In this document: positions 13,601 to 23,977 of the stretch, piece after piece
Layout: every line of letters begins with the position of its first letter
Numbering within the stretch: position 1 is the first letter of the stretch
From: Phoronis australis
Taxonomy: Eukaryota; Animalia; Phoronida
Assembly (NCBI GenBank): GCA_002633005.1
Contig: NMRA01000009.1
Coordinates: 1,571,858 to 1,635,857 of the forward strand
Reading direction: 5' to 3'
Length of the DNA: 64,000 bases
Notes under the pieces: model-generated
What the model was told of the DNA's origin: nothing
Databases searched by the model: none
The model's input: the letters and a program-made list of their open reading frames with translations, nothing else
Made by a program: the position numbers and the translations under genes

Positions 13601-16600
13601 CAAAATTGGATCCTACATAACCTTAAAGCAAATTAACACTTTCAAATTTGCTGTAATTATAATGTGTATATTCAATTATCTCAAATTTGAATTATCTTAG
13701 TTTAAAGTTCCAGCTTTCTAAGTAGTGTCAACGGTGACATACCTCTCGCAATTCATTGTAAATTCTTTCAACTTGGGAATCTGAAACATAAAAAGGAGAC
13801 CATACACAATCATAATTCGAAAATGAGAAAACGATATTCATTCACCAACCCCATATTGTGATGCCCATCCTTGTTCAGTCAAATGCTTCGTCTCATTTCC
13901 AAATATAGGTTCCTGATCATTCACTGCCATGATTCTCCCATTAGAAAGATATCTGAAACGTGCATGGAATTCTATTATCTCTTTTTTTAATCACTATCTC
14001 TAACGAAGGAAAATCAAAGCGAAAAAAATTCCAGGACATGTAATTTCTAAGTAAGATTTAAAAACAGTTCAAAACATTGTATCTCGCCGATGACAGTCAT
14101 ATTATCTTAACAATCAGGTTGAATTTCTTTCCCTTCTTCCACACAGAAGCCACTGTACACTTGGTCCTTTGAATACAGCTGAGGTATTACAGAGACACAG
14201 ATGATTGTCATTGTCGGATAGTGGATGGTTACGTGGTCTCCTGGCATGAAAATTTTCTATTCTGACATGATAAATTTTCAGTCCTGATGTGTTAAATTGT
14301 GGTACTGACATGCTAAATTATAGGTATGCTAAATTATAGGTATGCTAAATTATAGGTCCTGGCGTGATTATTCTGATTTTGAATTTTTTTTCATCCTTCA
14401 GATATTTTTTAATTCCTGAATAGAAAATAATTATGTGACCTGGATTTTTTTCTGCTTTAACTTTCCATAACTAATAAACGTTGTACAAATACTCTAGGCC
14501 TACTGAAGGTCACCTGATATATGACTTTTGAGTTTCAATACACAAACACAACAACCCCCTTCATGACGTTTTAACTAAAAATAGCTGGTAGATTTTTGTC
14601 ATTCATCCACACATATATCAAGTACCCTATCCAAGTCCATGAACTGTGTTACAACTGAATGTTAATGTCAAATTATTGGGTAGTGGTCAGTGTGTGTCTC
14701 AGTTCTCCAACCAACAGCTGTTGTGGTTTTGAGAGGCTGGGTGTGTATTTGACCAGTTTATTGCCTCATAGAGCCACCACACCACACAAGGCACTGCATA
14801 ATATTTCCACATAGACCACTTGAATACCCTATCAAGTGTCTGGCAAGTTTAAAATAGTCATGAGGAAATGAAATGGCAAAGATGTTTACCTAATTGCAAT
14901 ACTTACTGGAACCAAACCATCCAGCTATCATTGTCTAAGAGCCAGTACAAAATTACAAACAATGAGTGACATAGATACTGAATGTTTGTGAAAATTAATT
15001 CCAAACACATCACAAGCCAACAAGAAGTATACCAAATTATCTTTGACAGAAGTCTAGAATAATTTTATAGACTATAACATTCTACTTATATTAGAAGAAA
15101 CTATACTAAAATCCCACGCAGCGCCGTCCTTGAAAAGCATAGTTATGGTTCATGTTTTGGGGTGGCATCCTTCATTCCGTTTATTTTTCATTCTGTTTAT
15201 TTAATGAATGGACTAAGCGTTCAATAATAACACATTATAAAACACCAACCGAGTGGAGTTCGTTCATTGCTTCAATGGGACGATTCACCACTGCTAACTT
15301 GATCGATTTGCGTATTCCACTTTAAAGTTTATCTCTAACTATAATATCCAACACAGTTTTAATCAAAAGATCTTCTGTATACCTAGAAAGCAAATGAGGC
15401 ACTCTCATTGGCCAATTTTTAAATTATGTCAGTTGTCAGGTATACAATAACAAAAAAGAGGATTGTAATTCTACGCAAAATCTAGCTTAATTCTCCTAAA
15501 CATTTTTGGTCTTTAGCTGGCCAACCAACAAAAGATCGGGCAACTGTCATAAAGTCATATGCAATGTCATCTTTGAACATTTCAGCGTTTTCCCGTTGCT
15601 CCCAACTTGTTCAATTCCATAGCCCAACAACAAGTTGGGAAGTTTACCCATGTAGCCAATATCTTACACGACTGATCAACTCCATTCTGGCATTCATGGT
15701 TGGAGGGCCAGCTCTCTTTTGTTCGATAATTGCTCTAATCTTCAATAAGATCATATCTAGCCTGACTGAGCTGTGCTGCTAAAAATAAAAGTTAAGTTAT
15801 AACATATTTGAACATAAAGCATTAGTCTGTCTGAAATCCTCGTCAAATGGTGATCATGTTTAGTTTTTGAATCGCCAAAATCGCCCAACTGCAACCGAAG
15901 TTACGATAATTTATTCTTTCCGAATGTACCAATTCACTCTGGGTTTGAGGGTGCTCACACATGGTCTGTAATAAGCCTGGTAGATAATTGGCCTGCCTGT
16001 TGTCATAACAGACAAAAGACTGTGCTTGGCAGTTAACAAAGAAGCTAGATAGTTATCACATGCTCAGAACCCCTAGGTCTGGTAAAGTCATTGAACGGAA
16101 AACGCTGTCATGAACAAAGGCTTTTTCTAGAGTTTTGTGGTGAAACCCTTTGTTGGTTTTTCTCATACCACGCCTTAGCATTCCTGATCTGACAAATGGT
16201 AACATTACGGGCAAATCGGAGTTCGTTCATAAGCTTCAACAGGAAAATGTCACTGCCTGCGAAATATTGATTTGAGTATTCCAGATTGACCAACAACTGA
16301 AATTTGTTTCTTTGAATGTGCACAGGCTTGTTGTCACATCTCGAAATGTACGCATGAGTTTGGTGTGTGCATGTGTGTGTCCTTCATCTATTGTACATTG
16401 CTTTTGTGTCAGTTTGCAATAAATGTTTTCAAAAATAAAACTTAAGAAATGAATGCCACCTCAACAGAAACCAAAACACAAGTTTCAGTCCAAAACACGA
16501 GCGAAAACAAGACTGGTGCTACATCACCTGATTACGCATAATTTAGTCCATCTAAGCTGGCGTCTAAGAGTGGCACACTCTGGAGATACTCATAAAGTAG

Positions 16601-17180
16601 AGGTATACTGGACATGGACTCAGAAGGGGGATTTTTCATGACCTAAAAAGACGTGCTTTTTGTGTCAGACAAAATTGCCTACAAAAGGGTTCACTGTGGG
16701 AATTCAAAAACCTACAATTTTTTTTTCTAAATATTCAAATCTATGCGACATATTGCTTGCAGTATTACCTATATTTTACCTTTTATTGCAAATGGCAATT
16801 TTTGCTCATTTTTGATAATGTGCCATTTTTATTTTGCAGTTTCAGGCTTAGTGAGCAAAAATTCCGCTTCTACAAGAACACCGACGAAAGTGTTAGGGTT
16901 TATGGATCCTACAAAAGGCTGTGATGTCTGCATCAAAACCCTTCAACTGAAAAGGGTGACTTTTTCTTAGAAGCTCTCTACAAATGGGTCCCATATTTTG
17001 AGTCCACTATCTAATTTTAAATAGGCAGGTGCAACCCCCCCTGCCCCATCAAAAAAAGAGTTGAGTAAACTGGGGTCAACACACAATGCACAGCAATAAT
17101 CACCAATAAACTAACTTATCTTTGGATTGAAACTTACACAATTTAACATTCTTGATGTCATCATTGGTCGCCTCCATCAT
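4604..17180 (-). CDS. Class I SAM-dependent methyltransferase (~277 aa), small-molecule / sarcosine-dimethylglycine-MT-like; exons 17180-17138, 13780-13743, 11677-11565, 11101-10905, 8897-8789, 7236-7101, 4801-4604
   Basis: All junctions are GT-AG and in phase (834 nt). [51 protein letters not shown]... motif [17 protein letters not shown], acidic motif [35 protein letters not shown], ...[18 protein letters not shown]. Confidence 0.88.
5100..6260 (+). repeat. Degenerate copy of the ~148-bp-monomer GCCACTAG repeat family (boundaries approximate), interrupted by a TIR element
   Basis: GCCACTAGGTGGG (5252), GCCACTAAGGG (5360), GCCACTAGGG (5483) and AGATACAGAGG motifs shared with 27.4-28.2 kb and 51.4-53.0 kb. 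Confidence 0.55.
5534..5932 (-). mobile_element. TIR DNA transposon with THAP-domain N-terminus (ISL2EU/Harbinger-like), interior lost in an assembly gap
   Basis: Perfect 18-bp TIRs AATAGCGGATTTGCAGCG (5534-5551) / CGCTGCAAATCCGCTATT (5915-5932). Minus-strand [23 protein letters not shown] resembles a THAP C2CH start and stops at the N at 5727. Confidence 0.65.
12722..13539. repeat. 27-bp minisatellite, ~30 copies, intronic
   Basis: Unit TAGTATTGGAGAACA(A/G)TTTATAAAGCA; produces the spurious (MLYKLFSNT)n ORF. Confidence 0.97.
14310..14357. repeat. 16-bp tandem repeat x3
   Basis: ATGCTAAATTATAGGT repeated three times. Confidence 0.85.
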
Positions 17181-17471
17181 GTGTGTCAGGGGAATCAGTC
17201 TTTTCCACACGGCCTTTCAAGCTTTGACTAAGTTAAACTTTTTTAATCAGCTGTATTGCGACTAGTGGCTTCCTTTGACCTAGTCAGAACAAATCAAAAC
17301 TGAATCAGAGCTATATTGGGTTAGTGCATTCGCCAGACGCAAGATGCTTGCAAGAAAAGCTAGTGTGATTACCTACTTCGTGTATGACGCAAGGTGGTAT
17401 TTTGCCAAGACCACAGGCGTCCTCAGCTGATCGTCCCCAATACTTAATATCTTATAATAGTACAACAGAAC

Positions 17472-18761
17472 AGGTATGACACTCGCCGGGATTAGAAATT
17501 CCACCGGTGCTTCGATTCGGCCGTCCATATGCATATCAAACACATAACTCAAAAAAAAAAAATACACAAAACAGGGGTTCAACAAACCATGAGAAATTGT
17601 TCTTTCTTATAAGACAATGCACGGTGTCCTACTCCAGTGAGTTCGCAAGAAATTCGCTGTCAAAGCCCAAAACACACCTAGCACTTTGTCGGTTCGAGGT
17701 CAAGGGCGGTACGGAAATTACCGATGAATTATGGATGGACATCGTGACTTTACGCGACAAACCGGCAATTTCCGTCTTTGTCAAGACAGCCACTGGTCCC
17801 TAGAACGCACGTTCGGCGTTCACCTCCTTCAGCCACTGTGGTACGGCCAGGCGACAGCCTCGACATTGACGTCCCTGCTGATTTACGTGGCTAAAGCCAG
17901 GACATAGCAATTGAACCCCAAACAGATTCCACAAGTGCCCGATTTTGCGACCCTACTACTTAGTGACTACCCATACCAAAAGACCATGTTTGCCGCAAGC
18001 TTGCGGCAAACAATTTTGTTTGCAGCAAACCAGCCGCAAAGTTTGCAGGAGTTTGCGGCTACCCGCAACTCAGCCGCACACATTGCCGCAACCTTGCTGC
18101 AAACACTGAAGTTTGCAGGAATGTTGCGGCAAACTTGGTGATTAAAAAAGTGTTTGCGGGAAAGTTGCAGGAAACTTTATTGTTGAAAAATGTTTGCGGG
18201 AAAGTTGCAGGAAACTTTATTGGTGAAAAAATGTTTGCGGGAAAGNTACTAGTACAAGGTATGACACTCGCCGGGACTAGAAATTCCACCGGTGCTTCGA
18301 TTCGGCCGTCCATATCAAACACATAACTCAAAAAAAAAATTTACACAAAACAGGGGTTCAACAAACCATGAGAAATTGTTCTTTCTTATAATACAATGCA
18401 CGGTGTCCTACTCCAGTGAGTTCGCAAGAAATTCGCTGTCAAAGCCCAAAACACACCTAGCACTTTGTCGGTTCGAGGTCAAGGGCGGTACGGAAATTAC
18501 CGATGAATTACGGATGGACGGCGTTATCGACATCGTGACTTTACGCGACAAACCGGCAATTTCCGTCTTTGTAAAGACAGCCACTGGTCCCTAGAACGCA
18601 CGTTCGGCGTTCACCTCCTTCAGCCACTGTGGTACGGCCAGGCGACAGCCTCGACATTGACGTCCCTGCTGATTTACGTGGCTAAAGCCAGGACATAGCA
18701 AGTGAACCCCAAACAGATTCCACAAGTGCCCGATTTTGCGACCCTATATACTTAGTGACTA
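17472..18761. repeat. ~500-bp near-identical direct duplication (17472-17969 / 18257-18761) flanking the N at 18246; probable haplotype overlap
   Basis: Copies differ only by SNPs and small indels; the paired ORFs 17507-17803 and 18292-18594 are near-identical. Confidence 0.8.
17970..18245. repeat. TTTGCGGC/AAGTTGCAGGAA-rich subterminal repeats, probable transposon end truncated by the gap
   Basis: Direct and inverted TTTGC(G/A)G motifs running into the N at 18246. Confidence 0.5.
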
Positions 18762-19260
18762 TGCTTGTGGCCCAAACCACCATGACACTCATGACTGTTG
18801 ACCAAGGCAAGTTACACCTACTAACATGTGCGAACTCAGCCTTCAAAATGGGAGAGCTCGAATTTCTGTTGATGTGGACCTTTTGCTGACAAACTTGAAA
18901 TCGGGAGGACTAAAAAAACTAAAAAACGTGGTACCACATTCCAACTGGTGCGTCTCGGCGTCTTTTTAGCGCTCTTTCATTGTCTCGTTTACTCGGACTT
19001 TTTTTTCTCTGGGGTCTATCTTTTTGCCCACTTCACCGAATGACACAAATGAACTTACGCAAGGACGAACACTTTTGTCTGGTTCACCACGCCTTCACAC
19101 CTCAGTACCTACAACGGTAGCACAGTACCCTCCCAACAGTGACCTCTTCACTATCCGAGCAGCTTGTCCAGCATTTTCGCTTTGCTTCAGTCGATCCCGA
19201 TGGAATTTCAACGGATGTCACGCGGAAAGCTTTCGAACGCCTCCACTAGTCGCTACTATC

Positions 19261-19489
19261 TGTAATAGTATTGTGATTTGTACTGGAACTACACTTACCT
19301 TATATGGCACAATTAGTTAGAATGGTTTATTATATAAGTCTTGCCAAACAGTTCTATGAAATATGACTCATATGCATATGGTCTTGTGTATTGCAAAAAC
19401 ATGTTGTTGAACAGTAGTTAGTCAGTCCGCAATAAAGTAGTGTTCAAGTAAAGACGTCTTCTTCACTCCTCTCTCCACAAGCCATTACA
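19261..19489 (+). mobile_element. Solo LTR (229 bp) with 5-bp TSD
   Basis: TGTAAT...ATTACA termini; CTATC at 19256-19260 and 19490-19494; internal TATATAA and AATAAA. Confidence 0.8.
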
Positions 19490-19494
19490 CTATC

Positions 19495-22451
19495 TTCACC
19501 CCCAATTTTACTGGTTCGATCCGCCGGTCCTGGCATTTGAAGCCTCTCATTTGTCTAAACACGGGTCCCACACAGCCGCCCCAACGCCAAGGTCATCTAC
19601 TTATGTACTCACCGACAATGCTCCTTGACCTCCAACAGAAGTTTCACGAACTTGAGGTTCTCGGTGTCTTTGTTCGTCCCGGCGAAGATGTGAAAGTTCA
19701 AGTTGAGTATCTCTTTGCGGACGCTGGAAGATATGCCAAACCCCAACCGTCACTCATGCCCGATGTCTAGATTCGGTCCTACGCAAAATTGCCCAGTGGC
19801 GAGTAGAAGACGGACCTCACAAGTGCTTTTTATCAAATTCCCCTGTCTCGTGAGTCCATGAAGTACTGCAGCGCGGTAACCCCCTGCCATGGCATTCGTG
19901 TCTATGCCAGATGTGCTATGGGGATGCCGGGTTCAGAAACAGCATTAGAGGAGCTTACCTTCTGTGTTCTTAGTGACGTTCTCGAACAATGCATCGTAAC
20001 CAAGCTGGCAAACGACTTGTACTGTGGTGGCCAGAACCCTTCTGAGCTACTTACCAATGGGGAACTGGTACTTTCTGCTAAGTCTGGTCTACATTTGTCA
20101 CCTACTAAAACGGCCATTTCCCCCAAACGCACAACTATCCTGCGTTGGACATGGGAAGGTGGCACCCTTCAGGATATCAGTCATTGTATCTCTGCACTTG
20201 CTTCGTGCAACAAGCCTACAACAGTGCGTCAGATGCGTTCATTCATTGGTGCCTTCAAGGTTCCGTCTAGGGTTATCCCTCATTGTTCCGCCTATATGTC
20301 TCCACTGGATGATGTTATTTCACGCCGCGATTCCAAGGATCCATTGACATGGTCCGATGAGCTAGTCAGTGCATTTTCTGTCGTCCAGAAAGCACTCTTG
20401 TCTAACAAGTTCATCACATCTCACCGGCCTGAGGACAACCTATGGATTGTGACAGATGCCTCTGCTAGGCACTCAGGGATAGCAGCCACCTTATATGTTA
20501 CGAGGGAAGAAAAACCCAAGATTGCCTCCTTCCTCAGCGCCAAGCTTAAGTCCCGCCAAGTAATTCGGCTCCCCTGTGAGGTTGAAGCTTTGGCAATTGC
20601 CGTAGGTTTGAAGCATTTCAGCCCATACCTCGTCCAGTCCAAGCATCGTGCTACGGTCCTCAGTGACAGTAAGCCATGTGTACAGGCCTTTGATCGCTTA
20701 TGTAGAGGTGAATTTTCTTTGTGTCCTCGAGTGTCTACATTTTTGTCAGCTGTATCTAGGTTCCAAGCTACTGTTCGGCATGTTTCAGGGGCCACAAACA
20801 TCAGACTTTGCAAGCCGACATAGTATTGAGTGTTCAGACATGGCTTGCCAGGTGTGCTCCTTCGTGGCTTCTACCGAAGATTGTGTGGTCTTTTGTTCAT
20901 CCACAGACGACATCTTATCGGGTGTGTCGAGGCTTCCGTTCACTACCCGTTCTGCTTGGCATAGTACCCAAACTGCGTGCTCAGACCTTCGCCTTACTCG
21001 TGCTCATCTCACGCAAGGTACACACCCCAGTAAGAAGCTGACTGATGTTCGAGATGTGAAGCGTTACCTAAACTTTGTCAAAGTCGCTAGTGATGGTTTA
21101 CTAGTTGTCCGTAGAAATGCACCCCTTGCTCCAATTCGTAAATGCATAGTTGTTCCACGTTCTGTCTTAGACGGTCTACTCATGGCTCTTCACCTCCGCT
21201 TTGATCATCCCTCATTCAATCAGCTGAGGCTAGTTGCCCAACGTTACTTCTACGCCCTCGACTTGGACTCCACCATTGACAGATGTTCCAAACCTTGCCA
21301 CCAGTGTTGCTCCCTTTCAGACATTTTCCAAAACGTTGATCACTCAAGACTCGTCTGACCCTCTCCCGACCATCGGTCTGTCTTTCGCTGCAGATGTCAT
21401 GAAACGCGAACGCCAATTGATCCTCGTACTGCGGGAATGTGTGTCCTACACCGTCGCACGCATTGTCGAGAGTGAACGCCGTATCGACTTGCGAGATTGT
21501 CTTCTTCAAATGTGCATAGAACTTTGCCCTTTGGGTGGTCCTCCAGCAGTTATCAGTACTGATCAGGCTCCTGGCTTCAGTGCTTTGAAGAACAATGATC
21601 TCCTTAAACGACACAGGATTACTATAATTGAACTTGGCCGTGTTAAAAACCCCAATCACAACCCAGTCGCTGAAAAGGCAATTCAAGAGCTTTCCGATGA
21701 GTTACTACGTGAGCACTTGGTCCATGGCAAGGTAACTTCTTTGCAGCTTTCACTTGCAGTTGCCCGACTGAACAGTCGGCTACGTTCCAGAGGCTTATCT
21801 GCCCGAGAGATGCTATTCCAACGTGACCAATTTACCAGCGACCAAATACCCGTCACCGACCTCACCCTGATCGAGGCACAACGACTCAAACGTGAAAGGA
21901 ACCATGAACCCAGCTCGACATCTAAGGCTCCTATGGCTAGACTCCCTCCTACGAGCAACGCTACAGCTGAGGATTTAGTTTATCTCTATGGTGATCGCGA
22001 TAAGACTCGCTCCCGTCCTCACTATCTCGTGGTTAGTCGCGATGGTTCTTGGCTCAACATTCAGAAATTTGTTGGCAACCAACTTCGCTCAACATCCTAT
22101 CGTGTTAAAGATACGGAGTGCTACAAAGTTCCCCATGAGATGACCCCCCTCACCATCCCCGGGGCTTCCGCTTCCAGCTTTGAAACAGCTGATGATGATG
22201 ATCATGTTACGCCACTATCCTCAGAGCCGAAGCCCATCTCACATCCTCCAAGTGAGCTTCTCGCTCCTGCAGTTCCCTCTGAGTTGGCCACGGTCGATCA
22301 TACACCGTCCGAAGATCTGACTATCAACCCCGGTCCACATGATGCTCCGTTCGAGGCAGTTGATGTACCTGCAGCTAGTGATACCTCTCCTCGACACTCT
22401 ACGAGGTCCTGTCGCCTTTCGGCTCATCTACAGGACTTTGTTTTGACTTAA
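19495..22451 (+). mobile_element. Degenerate Ty3/Gypsy LTR retrotransposon pol (RT-RNase H-integrase), frameshifted
   Basis: RT DLTSAFYQIPL, MGMPGSETALEEL, KLANDLYCGG; RNase H WIVTDAS, CEVEALAI, LSDSKPCV; integrase zinc finger H-x4-H...C; core FAADV / STDQAPGF / NPVAEKAI. Domain order is Gypsy-type; frameshifts near 20800 and 21290; no paired LTRs found. Confidence 0.9.
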
Positions 22452-22465
22452 TGTTTGTTCTTATA

Positions 22466-22620
22466 CAGTGGCGGATCTAGGATATCACAAGGGGGGCCCC
22501 AACATTGTTGTCCGGCTGTAAGCATTTGCGCAAACCACGATTGTAGACACGTATAGCACCGAATGGGGAGAGGTCGGGAGGGGGGCAAACCCCCCTCCGC
22601 CCACCCAGGAAAATTTTCTG
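22466..22620. mobile_element. Left end of a hAT-like MITE truncating the Gypsy 3' end
   Basis: Begins CAGTGGCGGATCTAGG, followed by GGAGGGGGG...CCCCCTCC hairpin; right end not located. Confidence 0.4.
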
Positions 22621-22722
22621 TTTTTTCCTCTAAAAATCAAGCATTTTTCTTGATTCCTGAAGTATTATCAAAAAAGGTAAAAACAAAAACACTGAGAACG
22701 TGTCAAAAAGGATAAACTGCAT

Positions 22723-22786
22723 GTACCACAGACTCGAACTCACGACCTGGCGGATAGAGCGCGCGTGCTTCACCATTACACCACCA
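22723..22786 (-). mobile_element. tRNA-derived (SINE-head-like) fragment
   Basis: Minus strand has A box TGGTGTAATGG and B box GAGTTCGAGTC; no complete cloverleaf. Confidence 0.45.
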
Positions 22787-23722
22787 CAATTTAACTACTA
22801 ACCGTATACTAAGAGACCTACTTGTTTATGGTCCACCGCGTTTGCGCGCGAAATCAACTTCTTTTTGTTATGCGTATTACACGTTTTGTATTTTGTGCAA
22901 TCGGTTCTTAACAAATTTGTTGTATTTAAAATAGTCTTCAAATGCCCAAAAGACCAAATCCGTTTTTCGTGTTGGCAATAATGACGGGATTGCTTTGAAA
23001 ATCGTCTTAAGTTAAGGTTTGACAAATAGAGAATTACGAGTTTCTGAGTGATTCACTGAGACTTCGATTAAAATTCACATTTTACCAGCAGCTTCTGTCT
23101 TTTCATCGTCACTCAGGTTCCATTTTTTTAATGAAGTAAATTTTCTTCATTGCACAGTGGAGCAGACGACAGAAACGGAGTCGTAGTGCGCAGCGCCACT
23201 GCCGGTCGCCTGGGATATCGCGGGAGAGCCTATACTTAGCCATAGTTCCGTTACGAATTTCACACTTGAAATTGGATCTGAGCCCCTCCCCCCAAACATT
23301 AAAACTGCACACATTTAAATCTTGTTTCATCCGTATAACTTTAATTACCGGGGTTAATTAATAAACTCAACATTTNGTTCCTAACCGAACAGAATGCCTT
23401 TCACTGCTAGCACATCAACATGAACATAAACCAATAGCATTTCTGAAATCCCCATCGGTGCAAAGAGACTAAATTTTAGTTAGAATACAGCTTTGTACCA
23501 AGGCTAACTATGTCTATGATAACTGGATTGGAGCACTTGACAAACACGTCTTCTGACTCTGTAGCAAGCTTTCAGACCCTAATTTCTTTCAATAACCCAT
23601 CAGGAGTCCTCTGCCTGGCCGCCGACACCCTGAATTGTCCTGGCCAGCTGCTTGCAATGACTTAACCTGGCTAGCAATGACTGTGCTACCCAGCCTCCCT
23701 TTCAATAGGCAGCACGTTCATT

Positions 23723-23977
23723 AATGTTAGGACCTCACGAAAAAGCAATACTTCGCGAGATTACGTGAGATATTGCCGTGTTTTTCAAACACGAACATGT
23801 GAGTTTGGCTAGACATTTTAGTAGATAAGTTCTAGCGTATACGTTGAGTAACGCTAGGACCTACGCTAGGACCTAGCTAAAATCTAGCTTAAGTCACGTG
23901 CTCTCACTTAAAATACACCAAAAATGATATCTCACGTAATTTCGTGAAGTCTTGCTTTTTAGCGAGGTCCTAGCGTT
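23723..23977. mobile_element. Palindromic MITE-like element with ~50-bp imperfect inverted arms
   Basis: TAGGACCTCACGAAAAAGCAATACTTCGCGAGATTACGTGAGATAT pairs with ATATCTCACGTAATTTCGTGAAGTCTTGCTTTTTAGCGAGGTCCTA. Confidence 0.6.

Noticed and set aside
15666-15778. Extra methyltransferase exon (AG...GTAAG on the minus strand)
   Set aside because: Introduces a stop in the required frame; flanking exons already join in phase with a conserved-looking peptide.
19902-22427. Antisense and overlapping ORFs across the Gypsy pol
   Set aside because: Shadow ORFs of GC-richer coding sequence with no recognisable motifs.
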